Shown here: one piece after another, positions 40,601-49,791 of the stretch | Layout: each line of letters begins with the position of its first letter | Position numbering within the stretch: the first letter of the stretch is position 1 | IMG/VR virus record: IMGVR_UViG_3300025127_000041 | Coordinates: 1-58,157 of that record | Reading direction: 5' to 3' (one strand) | Source of the DNA: a virus | Lineage: Duplodnaviria; Caudoviricetes | DNA: 58,157 nt | Notes under the pieces: model-generated | What the model saw: the letters and a program-made list of their open reading frames with translations, nothing else | Databases searched by the model: none | Told to the model about the DNA's origin: nothing | Translations under genes and position numbers: made by a program

Positions 40601-43410
40601 GACAGAACGACATAAAGAGAGTCATAAAGGACTTTGTACCTAACCCTAAAAAGGTAAGTAAGATCATAAACAGGATAGTAACAAAGGCTGGTGCGTCTGG
40701 ATACGCAAACGAACTATTCAAACAACAGGACAAAAAAATATTTGGAGGTTTAGAAGCAGACCAGATAGAAAACCTTGAACTCATAATATACGCAAGACGT
40801 ATAGTTGCAATCAATGAAAACAGACGTGAAAGAGGGATGAATCCATACAAAGGTATGGATGGACTTAATGAACAGGATGCTCTTCAAAACTTAGAAAAGT
40901 TTGAGAAGGATCTAGGCAAAAAAGAGTTTGATGATTTATCAAAAAGAGCAGACGAATACTTTGAGGCATTCAAGAATAATCTTAAGATGCTTAGAGATTC
41001 TGGACGTATAACAGAAGAGACTTATGAAAACCTTAAGGATGTGGAGTACTCTCCTATAAAGACTCTAAAGTATATCATACCTCAGGACACAATGACTGAC
41101 GAGGATATAAATAATGCTGTGTCTACACTTGGTGTAAATAAGAAGGATATAATGAAGCTTTCAGACATGAACGAGAATGAAATACTATTCGATGCAAGAT
41201 TCCTTCTTATGATGAATACTAATATAGTTGTAAGAAGATCATTTGAAAATAAAATGCTGAATGAGTTTGCTCAAGGATATGAATCAATAGACAAGGAAGG
41301 CAAGAAAGCTCTATCAGACTTTATAATTGAGGGTCCTGTAAAGAAGGTACCTCCTGGTTTCAGAAAGGTTGAATACTTTCAAGATGGTGTTAAGAATGAG
41401 ATGGTTATGAGGGAGGATTATGCTAGGCAGCTTTTAGACATCAAGAATCAAAATAATTTTCTAAAAGGTTTTGGAACGATAAGTGGTTCAAATATACTTA
41501 GGTTCTTTGCGACAGGTGGTAACCCATTGTTTATAATCGGTAACACTGCAGTTGACTTCGCAAACATAGCATTCTTTTCAGACGTATATTCATCCATAAA
41601 ACCACTTGCAACAGTTCAGTTGGCATATGATTTTGTAAAAAACTTTTTAAGAAAAACTGGAAGTACAAATAATTACAACAAAATTAAGATGGAGTTTATG
41701 GAGCACGGAGGTGCTATGGACTACCTATCTACAGACGGTCTTAGAATGGTTCAGGAAATGAGGCTAAAAAATAGAATACTTAACAAATTTCAAAAAGGTT
41801 TAGCCGCATATGCTAGATTTATGTCATACCTTGGAGAGACTGGTGAGATGTCATTCAGATTAGCTGTATATGAAAGGGTTAAGAATGCAGAGATTAAGAA
41901 GTTCGAGAAAAAAAATGATAGATCTCCAAATCAGCAGGAGATGGATGACATAATGTTTGAGGCAGCTGCACAGTCCAGAGAGACTATTGACTTCTCACAG
42001 GGAGGTACCTGGGTTAAGCAGATGGATCAGGCACTGCCATACTTTAACGCTGCAATGCAAGGTCTTAGAAGACCGTTGGATTTTGCAAGAAAAAACCCTG
42101 TGGGGTTCACGTCAAATGTGATTCAATATGCGGTAATGGCTGCAGGTATGACTGCGACTTCATTAGGAACACTTTTAAGATCAATTGGAGACGATGAGGA
42201 GGAAAAGAAAAAGTTGCAGGATATATTGGATTCAATATCTGAATATGAAAAGGCTAACTACCATATAATATTTACAGGAAATAAGGATAAGGATGGTAAC
42301 TATCAATATGTAAGAATTAAAAAACTTCCACTAATATCAATACTTGGAACAGCTACGGAGCAGTACACAACAAAGTATCTTTTGAAGTCTCAAGGCATTG
42401 ATTATGAAATAGATGAAAGTTCAATTAAAAAGGCTATTGAGCTGTCTGCACCATTAGATATAGTTGGACCTATTACAGGAGACGAGTCTGTGGGTCAGGC
42501 AATTGGAGGTATTGTAAAAAGAAACCCACTTGCTGCAGCTTGGCTTACATACACATACAACGAGGATACATTTACAGGTGAGAAGGTGTTTTATGAACCT
42601 AGAGACAAAAAAATCAAGCCATATGCAGAGGGTCTTTACGATGAAAGAGTTAATGATATATACAAGATAGTTGCACCTGCACTTGATATGTCTCCAAAAA
42701 GAGCCCAGGCGGCTGTAGAAAAACTTATAACAAGTGAAAGCACGAATCCTAGTATATCTATATTTTACGCTCTTACAAACGGATTATTTGATACAGAAGC
42801 AGATGCCTTCAAAGAAAACGCTGATACATTTAATAACGGCATGGGGCATTTTCTTGATGTGGTCAGTAAAAAAATGGTTAGGCATACCAATCCAAACCTA
42901 TTGAGATATAAAGATAAGGATAAAACAGATGAGCTTGAGGAAAGAATAGACACAGATAAATACCTTCAAGATATAAAAATAAAAAAAGAAATAGATAAAA
43001 ATATAAATACAAAAATATTACTAGAAGGAAAATCCAGAACGGATAAATATAAAACAGAATATAAAAAAGTGGATGATTTGCTTGATCGTTACAAACTTAC
43101 AACAAATGAAAAGAAAAAATATCAATCTTATGCTAAGACAAAAGATCTAAAAGGTAAAGAGGTATTTAAAGAGCTTAGAGATATTATTTATGAAAAATCT
43201 CCAGAGATGATAGCGGCAAGATTGTATAAAAGGTATGGTAATAATCTAGATGAGGATGAGAGAAAAGAATTAAGTAAAGCATTTAAGATCTCAAAAGTAA
43301 ATGATATTATATACAAAAAAGGTTATCAGTTATTTTACAAAAAGTATTACCTAAATAAGTCTCAAAAAGAGATAGATAAGTTTGAAGAATCTTTCGGTAA
43401 GATACGATAA
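34621..43410 (+). CDS. Giant polyvalent internal virion protein (GNAT-like, HExxH metallopeptidase, HhH-GPD-like, LPD38-like domains)
   Basis: 2929 aa; KLDNFD..Y...GF; GHEVFH; HKVRNF...VTIDTH...EVQSITW; DFSQGG...PYFNAAMQG. Confidence 0.75.
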   Translation: MAEDNPIEGLDTTQSAFQPVVDTMNQDILEDLSRTTTTTTMYISGDTSQFNKPEEPEQLEDPYGIREAVNIFRVRQSDAGESPSVGDIKKLFPESSAQERLQIESAYPDLFKEDASYNKVLDTEYQKGIEKGMSSSQILDDLVKKQTGTKIGLIARRPDLFNEQTIKEEETKLRLDTKEFQEKENKIKSLKDERENASFNRKRGIDIELAKLEGDIEILSKMAKDTDYKKDKALFDLGRKISVDTQDLSEADLESISKKLDPNYVVPILNNPQEKSVFEMTNTLVGSTGGLEIADDDFIEVYKKGNYDPEKHSQYDEKLSQVINGFVSEELPVDIHQSFYDRNNISKNDLVLRNKMIIRNVPDFNQGKIYSIEEMEELEKRAEENLINNYGDIEFDELKIILGDDITPKDVYNRSLRSSMYTNSKLNDAIVVDDEEATLENLQTLFPESTSLFRFDTRTDGKNSIIIRTFVAGEELNSTEINLDEENEPLRKIRDFMSGAMPPANVQRKIMEVADGQGEFIKEDGSIDKVKLSLYTTKYPEIFGDVDAYTADDLLTTWEKSPFMIDKADIRRNIRYQESLVNNYTAEGRKDVDLEQLQLLDTQAALADQIHQEKLIQKGGGLAGLSVYSYLEPVARIVEFFDDQATNVQGLFGYVDSLSDEEYKSLRAKGLSDEDIIRTEKAYIKEKTEASLNRIVSGFSGETQQSIAEQGFLAEAFATAIQSLTTMAVGLGAKIPTITAFGIRSQVSLENELKDTDLSDTEKFAITLPMAVLEGVLEEWGLQKIFKPGVTASKKLILSKALPKIKKGATPAQIKKSIQRAIEELSGGTIEKIGRAGIYEGMTEFGQTASEINLKTLANSISEKDLFKDVPNMFTPEGFIDGVNQIGKATAMGFVVGSGINTASQAKSLANGFKKSDNDVSMDEAFDMITSNDRREIFFDRLDLRVLAGEITDVDARTIKENIDKAYPLMMQIPATFSSNQKEEAYNLLLEKQELEQEVKDKNKNLVVEQTERINEIDRQLELISKGELKDAVQESETKEEVLPDEQPEMGLQDVGQGDTQEQEATEVQQKELVDDDVVTEEYVKELEDIKQSDPEQYWSVDSVSLEDAKEGTVISVEGGKGIVGPDGDIKGVFKSKDSKAEKVADKILEEAVKNGGTKLDNFDNYLTRIYKRNGFRVASRTPFNEEFAPDGWNKEKHGTPDVVAMVYDPESKLDIEEKTFDNPETGYDEMIAYRDSFIEAPAAEQVTEDVVEDITPEFAENIKNIEKQAENARRAISKVLPGVEIITHSTEESYRKATGETDSKKQATRGEYNPNTKTIHINQSKANNRTVGHEVFHAVLLEKVKTDNAAKDLTDRMIKSVSKNLEGMPEVKEALDEFAANYDQNIQNEEKLAELVGILAGNYAQMNKPSQSLIKRFLDRLAKMFGLKPFTDGEVVDVLNAIAGKVALGEEISDVDLKVIPSPTDSKGNLKTPSKKSQNNLKKRKQNIIDGVKDQVVSGEIVSTSLPNKDDVHSSKEYVVGISSLEKIANTDKRAKDQYIKIAKEAASYGISKTKDVNNFEDAKKVISEFKQVVKSNLKWLHDSVDKDVRDISKLWYDGANKISNDLANEYGYTTEQVSGVMAVLSPQMDWFRNLSLGERVIDIYKNNQDSLFDDKMIEFVETKTTGTGKNKKPLFKNKEEIISRVKNKKLSELNAKDQSYFIRVYDEVYNSRNYNNITPNGEINGLVRTKSGNPGKVGWGDFSTIEKAISILNDGSVKNISTNLGNQHKVRNFFNNISNPNDKNAVTIDTHAVAAALLKPLSGKSKQVTYNFGGASAVSTGMTGTYPVYADAYRELANELGILPREVQSITWEAGRGLFKAVFKSNKSNEEKINNVWNQYESGSISLKQAQSKIDKLAGGISTPVWYEYLADENVESLDKNSAALDQAALDEEVSIDDQVTTPSKRKQKDEGPVEPRIDIRNLKKKSDKKIKEINKGKGPILRRLRRSLFDRQNDIKRVIKDFVPNPKKVSKIINRIVTKAGASGYANELFKQQDKKIFGGLEADQIENLELIIYARRIVAINENRRERGMNPYKGMDGLNEQDALQNLEKFEKDLGKKEFDDLSKRADEYFEAFKNNLKMLRDSGRITEETYENLKDVEYSPIKTLKYIIPQDTMTDEDINNAVSTLGVNKKDIMKLSDMNENEILFDARFLLMMNTNIVVRRSFENKMLNEFAQGYESIDKEGKKALSDFIIEGPVKKVPPGFRKVEYFQDGVKNEMVMREDYARQLLDIKNQNNFLKGFGTISGSNILRFFATGGNPLFIIGNTAVDFANIAFFSDVYSSIKPLATVQLAYDFVKNFLRKTGSTNNYNKIKMEFMEHGGAMDYLSTDGLRMVQEMRLKNRILNKFQKGLAAYARFMSYLGETGEMSFRLAVYERVKNAEIKKFEKKNDRSPNQQEMDDIMFEAAAQSRETIDFSQGGTWVKQMDQALPYFNAAMQGLRRPLDFARKNPVGFTSNVIQYAVMAAGMTATSLGTLLRSIGDDEEEKKKLQDILDSISEYEKANYHIIFTGNKDKDGNYQYVRIKKLPLISILGTATEQYTTKYLLKSQGIDYEIDESSIKKAIELSAPLDIVGPITGDESVGQAIGGIVKRNPLAAAWLTYTYNEDTFTGEKVFYEPRDKKIKPYAEGLYDERVNDIYKIVAPALDMSPKRAQAAVEKLITSESTNPSISIFYALTNGLFDTEADAFKENADTFNNGMGHFLDVVSKKMVRHTNPNLLRYKDKDKTDELEERIDTDKYLQDIKIKKEIDKNINTKILLEGKSRTDKYKTEYKKVDDLLDRYKLTTNEKKKYQSYAKTKDLKGKEVFKELRDIIYEKSPEMIAARLYKRYGNNLDEDERKELSKAFKISKVNDIIYKKGYQLFYKKYYLNKSQKEIDKFEESFGKIR

Positions 43411-44520
43411 CTAAAAAAGGTGAGTAAGTCTAGCTACCTGACCATGCTCAGGGTTATGAATAAACGCCTCTACCGCCTTAGGTGCATGCTGAAACCCGTT
43501 CCTGTGATGCCATGAATCTACACCTGAGGGACTTCTAAGAGTCTCCACGCATACAGAGAACACATCCTTGGATGTCTTGTGATGAATATGATGGCCGTAT
43601 ATATACCTGTGCCTGCAATCGTTCCAGTTTTCTGACGCCTCGTGTGCCATAAGCATCGGAAGGTCTTGAGATTTTGCACCGTCCATATGTGTACTTCCAA
43701 TAAGATTCTTTCCATATACGGTGTATTTTCTGTGAGACATATCATTATTAAACGTAATGTTTTTAGACTTACGGAACCATGACTCAATACATTGAAGCAG
43801 CATAAATCCACTCATATAGTCATGGTTACTTGGGTTGTATACCACCTCGACATCAGCGACCGACATCAAGGTCTCAATGATATCTACAAGCAATCTCTTA
43901 GCCGTCAAAAAATTTTCGTACCACATACCATCTGTATCCTGTGGAGTTTGAGATGTCGTCTGTCTCCTAGGATTATCAGTGTGAAGTACGTCATTACCAG
44001 CTATAAATATTATCTTGTCTATGTTCCATGACTCAGACTTTGATAAAATTCCATCAAGGCCTTCCTTTACCCTCTGTACAGCGATCTGACTGTTGTAGTC
44101 CTCACCAGTCTCAAAAGAAGAGCAAAGCTTTCCTATATGTATGTCAGCAGGATCAAAGACTAAGCAGTGAGGATCCTTTGTCTTCTTTCTTTTTATCTTC
44201 TTATACTTAGGGCTCCATTTAGAGATCTCGTCAGTAAGTTCAGATATAAATGATTCAGGATCAAACTCATCCTTGCCCGATACATTTATAGAGTAATGCT
44301 TACCCTTGTACCAGTAATGCTTGATTTTTTCTGGATCTATACCAACAGATTCGCATTCGTCATGAACACCTCTGTTGCTTATTATATTTCTTACACTCCA
44401 TCTTACGGAGTCAATATTTCTATTTAAATCAAACTCTTCATTAATAAGTCTTGAGATCTCTGTCTTGTTGGTGGTTTGATTGTCATAAAGATCTAGCACC
44501 CTTTGTCTATAAGCTTTCAT
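43411..44520 (-). CDS. Calcineurin-like metallophosphoesterase with N-terminal HTH-like region
   Basis: DIHIG, GNDVLH, SNHD, THMD, GHHIHH. Confidence 0.85.
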   Translation of the reverse strand: MKAYRQRVLDLYDNQTTNKTEISRLINEEFDLNRNIDSVRWSVRNIISNRGVHDECESVGIDPEKIKHYWYKGKHYSINVSGKDEFDPESFISELTDEISKWSPKYKKIKRKKTKDPHCLVFDPADIHIGKLCSSFETGEDYNSQIAVQRVKEGLDGILSKSESWNIDKIIFIAGNDVLHTDNPRRQTTSQTPQDTDGMWYENFLTAKRLLVDIIETLMSVADVEVVYNPSNHDYMSGFMLLQCIESWFRKSKNITFNNDMSHRKYTVYGKNLIGSTHMDGAKSQDLPMLMAHEASENWNDCRHRYIYGHHIHHKTSKDVFSVCVETLRSPSGVDSWHHRNGFQHAPKAVEAFIHNPEHGQVARLTHLF

Positions 44521-44704
44521 GTGATTTCTGTAGATCCTTTAGGATCTTAATTAAATTTTGAATATTATCCTGCAGCTCCAAGTTTTCCTCATCCATTAAA
44601 GATTCGTAGATTGAGTCAGTCATGCCATTGATTTCTAACATTATAGCGTTTACGTAGTTTACATGACTCATGTCGCCAAATATATTGATTTTAAATGTCA
44701 TAAC
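44507..44704 (-). CDS. Hypothetical protein (start uncertain; ATG 44704 or 44671)
   Basis: ORF in operon. Confidence 0.55.
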   Translation of the reverse strand, partial: VMTFKINIFGDMSHVNYVNAIMLEINGMTDSIYESLMDEENLELQDNIQNLIKILKDLQKSHESL

Positions 44705-44939
44705 AAAGTCCAGAGAGGTATTTTTTATTTGAGATAGAGTAATCAACATGGTAACTGTTGATATCTTTATCCTTGATAAACCTCTTTATGAACCTCTTGT
44801 TAAGTGGCATAAGGTTGTCGTCAAGAGCTATAGGTATTTGATTTATCGTCTTATCTATCTTAGGAAGTCTCGACCTCATAGATATAGGCCTAGCCTTTAG
44901 GTTTATATCTACGCAGTATACACCTCTAGTACCTTCCAT
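44691..44939 (-). CDS. Hypothetical protein
   Basis: ORF overlapping both neighbours. Confidence 0.6.
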   Translation of the reverse strand: MEGTRGVYCVDINLKARPISMRSRLPKIDKTINQIPIALDDNLMPLNKRFIKRFIKDKDINSYHVDYSISNKKYLSGLCYDI

Positions 44940-45330
44940 TTTCTATCCTTCTCTTTATAACCTTGAGCATACTCATGTCCTGACATCTCCTGATGTCGTC
45001 CATTATATCTCTCTTTGGTGGTATATACTTCTCGTAGTAGTCAAGAAAGACCTTATAGTCCTCGATGTCCTCTAGAAATAATGGATCCTGTATCTTCATC
45101 CACTGGTGATAATTGTTTATGGCGTGTATCACCGTGGCATGTGTACGATTAAATAAACTACCTATATAGTTGAGTGGGTATTCTTGTTCTCTTAATACAG
45201 CACATAAGAAGGCCCTTTTGTGAACCTTCTCTCTGTATCTGTGTTTTTTGTCTAAGCCATCCCTTTCAATGACGTGCAATATCTTGTCTATCATACTATT
45301 TATCTTGATTAATTTTTTCCATCTTTTCAA
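44926..45330 (-). CDS. DnaA C-terminal-like HTH protein (true start probably the internal MIDK)
   Basis: IGSLFNRTHATVIHA matches the DnaA domain IV pattern (IG..F.RDHTTV.HA). Confidence 0.7.
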   Translation of the reverse strand: MKRWKKLIKINSMIDKILHVIERDGLDKKHRYREKVHKRAFLCAVLREQEYPLNYIGSLFNRTHATVIHAINNYHQWMKIQDPLFLEDIEDYKVFLDYYEKYIPPKRDIMDDIRRCQDMSMLKVIKRRIENGRY

Positions 45331-45490
45331 AGTTTCTACTAACCTCTACTTTGTACTTAATCATTGTCTCTGGATCTATCCATATCTCGTACATACCATT
45401 CTTAAAACTTTGATGTAGCTCTAACCTGTCCATCATAGCGTTTCTTTGATTCTCTCTGTACTGTGCAAATATTTGATTTTCTATACTCAT
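45296..45490 (-). CDS. Hypothetical protein
   Basis: ORF in operon. Confidence 0.55.
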   Translation of the reverse strand: MSIENQIFAQYRENQRNAMMDRLELHQSFKNGMYEIWIDPETMIKYKVEVSRNFEKMEKINQDK

Positions 45491-45640
45491 TTTATTTTAT
45501 TTTGTTTGTTAATTAATATTCTAATTTCTCTACCCAAATCTGCATCGTTTGGATACATAATGCAAAGTTCTTCTATTGTTAATTTATTGTCTTTATCGTT
45601 AGGATCGTGCTTGTATACACTATCTTTTACCTGTCTTAGT

Positions 45641-45889
45641 TTATTTAAATTCTCCATCATATATATATACTTTTACTCCGTGTTTCTTAATCTCTTTTAT
45701 TCTGTACTCCTGAAGTGGTCTAGGCTTCTTCCCAGGCATCTTGACCTCATAAAACTCAGCGTCTGAGTCCTTGGGTATCGCAATTAGATCAGGTATACCT
45801 GGCTTGTTTGTCACCGACAACTTAATAACATAATAACCCTTAGCCTCAAGCTCCTTTATTAATTTATATTGTATCTTTTGTTCATTCAT
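45641..45889 (-). CDS. VRR-NUC / Holliday-junction-resolvase-like nuclease
   Basis: E..IQ, GIPDL, FYEVK, LQ motifs. Confidence 0.85.
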   Translation of the reverse strand: MNEQKIQYKLIKELEAKGYYVIKLSVTNKPGIPDLIAIPKDSDAEFYEVKMPGKKPRPLQEYRIKEIKKHGVKVYIYDGEFK

Positions 45890-45904
45890 ATAAGTACTTA
45901 TATG

Positions 45905-46078
45905 TCATTCACAATCATCAAAGTCCATCTCGACTTGATTGATTAGTCTGTTCTCATAGAACTCTATCTGAGCTTGGACCTGTCTCTTCTGGTACTCTAT
46001 CTGCTTTAAGCTTATGTTTAAAGATGCGAGTGTCTCTTTAAGATTTATTAGATCTTTCTTAATCTTTTCCTTTTTCAT
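45905..46078 (-). CDS. Small coiled-coil protein, 57 aa
   Basis: Read manually (MKKEKIKKDLINLKE...). Confidence 0.55.
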   Translation of the reverse strand: MKKEKIKKDLINLKETLASLNISLKQIEYQKRQVQAQIEFYENRLINQVEMDFDDCE

Positions 46079-47297
46079 AATCCTTCTTAAATATGTTTAT
46101 GGTGTAACTCTTTTTCTTCTTTACCGCTGTGTATATCTTATCCTCTATACCTCCCTCGCTGAATACCCAGTATACCTTGTTGAATGTCCTCTCCATTGTG
46201 GTCATCCTGTCCCTAGCCTGCCAGTAGCTGACGGCAGAGAAGTCTATGTTGTAGAAGACGATGTTCTCAGCATTCCTAAGGGATATCCCCTCACGACCAG
46301 AAACGATCTGAAGTGCGATAGACTTGTCGGTTGCGTCGAAGTAATCTAGGTCAGTCGTTATAGTGTCTCCAAAGACAGACTGAAGGCATTTCAATTCCTC
46401 CTTAAACTTGTAGAATATACCGATCTTTTTACCCTTAAACATGTCACGGATAAAGATAGCCTTGCTACGATCTATCGTCATGCTGTTGCCTGACTCAAAT
46501 TTAACGGTGCCACTATACAGTTGGTGTAGCTTCTGCATAAGCTTTGCAGGTGTCTCTCCGAGTATAACCTCCTCATCACCCTCAACCACTAGATCCTTAC
46601 TAAGCCTGTCGCATATCTGGTACGTCCTATCCTGCATCTTAACATACAGAACCTCTTCCTCTATCTCTGTAGAGAATCCAGCCTCCTTCTGAGTGTACGA
46701 GATCATATACGGAGACACAGCCCCCATAATCTTTTCCTCTATACCCCTGGAATAGTCATTTACCATGAAGCTGTTTATCTTTTTCTGAAATACATTTACA
46801 TAGTCGTGTGACCATGCGTAGAAGTTTTTGTAATGTCTGAACGGATTGTCGGGATGAACATAGAACTGGTGATACACCTGACTAAAAGACTCTGGTGTGA
46901 GTGTACCAGTCATCAGTATCATCTTAGCCCCATTGATCGATAGCATCTTCCTTATCTGCCTAGTCCTTATACTTGGCTTAGGAAATGCTGACATGGTGTG
47001 TGACTCATCACAAACCACCACATCAAACATTATGTCATCTATCTTGTGTATCGACTCGTAGTTCGTTATAGTAATATCAAACCCTGGATCCATCTCATTG
47101 TAGTCAGACCTTATTGACGATATAGCCTTCTTCTTTGTAAGAAATAATACCTTGGTAGCCCCGACAAGCCTACATATCTCTAAGGATGTGTAAGTCTTAC
47201 CGAGGCGTACCTCCATCGCAAGGCAAACTATATTAAGCCTGTTTAGTATGTCTGCACCTCTCTCCGATATGTCTACCTGATAATCTCTTAGTCTCAT
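46059..47297 (-). CDS. SF2 (SNF2-like) helicase
   Basis: LRDYQ, RLGKT, DESH, TGT, GREGISL, QARDR. Confidence 0.88.
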   Translation of the reverse strand: MRLRDYQVDISERGADILNRLNIVCLAMEVRLGKTYTSLEICRLVGATKVLFLTKKKAISSIRSDYNEMDPGFDITITNYESIHKIDDIMFDVVVCDESHTMSAFPKPSIRTRQIRKMLSINGAKMILMTGTLTPESFSQVYHQFYVHPDNPFRHYKNFYAWSHDYVNVFQKKINSFMVNDYSRGIEEKIMGAVSPYMISYTQKEAGFSTEIEEEVLYVKMQDRTYQICDRLSKDLVVEGDEEVILGETPAKLMQKLHQLYSGTVKFESGNSMTIDRSKAIFIRDMFKGKKIGIFYKFKEELKCLQSVFGDTITTDLDYFDATDKSIALQIVSGREGISLRNAENIVFYNIDFSAVSYWQARDRMTTMERTFNKVYWVFSEGGIEDKIYTAVKKKKSYTINIFKKDYEKGKD

Positions 47298-47300
47298 ATA

Positions 47301-49655
47301 TCAAAAGTTTAGCTTCACCTGTTCAGGCTCAAGTTCTATAAATTCTACCATCTTTCCATTAGACTTACGTGTAATGATCGGCTTGCTGTCGTACTTAAAC
47401 TTGCCGTAGCTGTCCAACCATTTGTAAAATCTGCTGTGGGACACCTTAAACTTACCGTATGGTCCGTAGTCAGGGTACTCCTCTATAAAGTTATTGAAGA
47501 GCTCCATACCTAAGAAGGATGTGCCTTTTTCTGTGTACACATTTTCACTGCTGTCAGCCCATTCCCAGAAGTCTGAGTTGGTCTCTGCGATAAAGTTCCT
47601 AACCTTAAGGTTCTTGAACTCACATACAACAAGACCTCTTTTCAAGTAAAGCTGTAGGTTGTCTATCATATAGTTATCAAACTTAGACCACTCCGAATCT
47701 GTCCACTCGCTGAATAACATGTGACCGAAGTCACTCTCAGGGGTAAAACTCTTAGTGTAGTACTGCTTGAACTCTAAGTCCCACTTACGTCTCTCGAAGC
47801 TGTTACCAGCACCCTTGATCGCATAGTTTGTTGTTATTACAATCTTTGGCGAGTACTCAAATGGAATATGTATCTCGTCCTTATTCTTCTTCTCAAGGGT
47901 AATACCCTCTGTGATTACAGAAAATAGTCTCTCAAAGTCAAAATTCTTTGCAACATCATCGAATACAAGTGTCTGCGTGTCTACCTGAACCCTTTGGTAC
48001 GGGAAAGACTTTTGAAAGGAGAATCCCTTTCCATCTATGATCACCATCTTCTTGATGTGACTGATAGACTTGACAAAGATACCCTTACCAGTACCGCCCT
48101 CAGGATTGTCTGAAATAATCTCGTCATTAAGTATCACTGCAGGGCAGTAGCTTGCAGGTTTATGTGAGTGCATCAGGTATCCCAATGTGCTCTCCATCGA
48201 CCTGGTGCTGTCAGACCTCTCTCCAGATATGTTCTTTATAAAGTATCTAAACTCAGAGTCATTAAAATCTGATTTTATAAAGTCCCTGCCTATCTTCTGC
48301 TTCTCCCAAACATGCCCCTTAAGGTTTTTGTAACTTATGGTCTCCACGCTATCCTTGGTCACCTTTACCGCACAATTCATGTAGTACAGGTAGGACTCCT
48401 CGGTATTGTCTACCATAAAGTTTGGCTCTATTCTTGAGACATAGTTTAAAAATGTCTCCTGAAAGAACTTAGTATTCAGTGCAAAAAAGTTATAGACCGA
48501 CATGTCATCAATCTCTAACAAAAAGTCAAGAACAAAGTCCTTGATCATCTCCTCGTTTACATCTGATATAGTGTTATCTACAACCCTTACAAATACAAAG
48601 TTATTGCTACCCACTGGGTAGTACTTGTAAAATCCATTGCCCTGAAGAAACAATCTAAACAGGTGTGGAACCAGGTCAATCTTACCCTTACTATTCTTAA
48701 TCCAAAATTCATTGAAGTCTACAGACTTAACCACCTCATCGACATCGACGTCAACATGATCTGCCTTTATCTCTTCAATGGGCACACCCATCTTTACTTT
48801 TTTCTCTATCTCTGAGGTTGTTTCTATATCCTCGTAAAACTTGGTGTTGTGACCTGAAATATTTTTATACGCACTCTTGACTATAGACATAATCTCTGAA
48901 GACTTCTGACCAGTAGAGTCGTAGGAGTTAAGTGTACTAAAGGCCTCGTCCTGGTTTATACCAAACTCATTCAGTGCGGATGCCAGAATAAAAAGGTTGT
49001 TGTTCTTCTGTCCCTGCACCATACCATAATTCTTATCCCACCATAAAGAAAGGCGTCTTATTATCTCGTTTGAGTCTGATATCCTTATACTTGACTTTAT
49101 GGGTGCCTTAAACTCTGGCTCTTTCTCCATATCCTCCCATACCATAGACATCTCATTAACAAAAATATCTGGATCATAACTCTCGTAACATACCCTGGAT
49201 ACATTCTTGCATGAGGTATCAAATTCCTTGCAGTTGTGGTAACTCTCAAGGGCCTTAAAATACTTCTTGTGGTTCTTTGCGTTAAATGGTATGCGTACTA
49301 GGACCTTTAGGCCATCTCCAGAGGGAGATGTAAATAAGGAATAAGTGTAAGGGTCTTCCATAAGTTCAGACCTTTTATTACTCAATGCCTGATCATCCTT
49401 GAATCCATCAAAGTCTAGACAGATTATACCACTATGTTCTATTATATCACTGTCTCGTCTAGAGTTGAATGTTCCTGAGAAGCAGATAGCAGGAAGTCGT
49501 TTCTTTAACTCATTCCTACTACCCTTCTCGTCCTCCAACCTAATCTGCTCTATCAGATCCTTTGAAGAGCCGTTACGTATCCTCTCAATCGCCCGATCAA
49601 GTTCAATATGGTACGGCTTATCAGTATCGTTTATTGTTTTGAAATATGTTATCAT
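47301..49655 (-). CDS. Primase-helicase (BT4734/VirE-N-like primase, PriCT, SF3-like helicase)
   Basis: KRLPAICFSG, LDFD, SPSGDGLK, SRVCYESYDP; GGTGKG, VFDD, ITTN. Confidence 0.85.
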   Translation of the reverse strand: MITYFKTINDTDKPYHIELDRAIERIRNGSSKDLIEQIRLEDEKGSRNELKKRLPAICFSGTFNSRRDSDIIEHSGIICLDFDGFKDDQALSNKRSELMEDPYTYSLFTSPSGDGLKVLVRIPFNAKNHKKYFKALESYHNCKEFDTSCKNVSRVCYESYDPDIFVNEMSMVWEDMEKEPEFKAPIKSSIRISDSNEIIRRLSLWWDKNYGMVQGQKNNNLFILASALNEFGINQDEAFSTLNSYDSTGQKSSEIMSIVKSAYKNISGHNTKFYEDIETTSEIEKKVKMGVPIEEIKADHVDVDVDEVVKSVDFNEFWIKNSKGKIDLVPHLFRLFLQGNGFYKYYPVGSNNFVFVRVVDNTISDVNEEMIKDFVLDFLLEIDDMSVYNFFALNTKFFQETFLNYVSRIEPNFMVDNTEESYLYYMNCAVKVTKDSVETISYKNLKGHVWEKQKIGRDFIKSDFNDSEFRYFIKNISGERSDSTRSMESTLGYLMHSHKPASYCPAVILNDEIISDNPEGGTGKGIFVKSISHIKKMVIIDGKGFSFQKSFPYQRVQVDTQTLVFDDVAKNFDFERLFSVITEGITLEKKNKDEIHIPFEYSPKIVITTNYAIKGAGNSFERRKWDLEFKQYYTKSFTPESDFGHMLFSEWTDSEWSKFDNYMIDNLQLYLKRGLVVCEFKNLKVRNFIAETNSDFWEWADSSENVYTEKGTSFLGMELFNNFIEEYPDYGPYGKFKVSHSRFYKWLDSYGKFKYDSKPIITRKSNGKMVEFIELEPEQVKLNF

Positions 49656-49681
49656 CCTTGCGTAGGGTATTAAATTAGATT

Positions 49682-49714
49682 AAAAAAAACACCGAGCCCC
49701 ATACAGTCGGTGTT
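49682..49714 (-). terminator. Intrinsic terminator between SSB and primase
   Basis: - strand aacaccga-ctgtatggggc-tcggtgtt plus T-run. Confidence 0.7.
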
Positions 49715-49791
49715 ATGGGTTTTTACTGAGTATGGTCAGCTAACCAAATAGAACCCTAACTATTCTTCACTCATCATGAAAACATCATGTC

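Noticed and set aside
408-43000. Many - strand ORFs inside the structural block (e.g. 408-863, 31403-31954, 35787-36341) and + strand ORFs inside replication genes
   Set aside because: Antisense shadows of well-supported genes, with no motifs or start context
403-43410. Stop-codon reassignment as in some crAss-like phages
   Set aside because: Genes are long and intact in the standard code; TAG, TGA and TAA all serve as coupled stops
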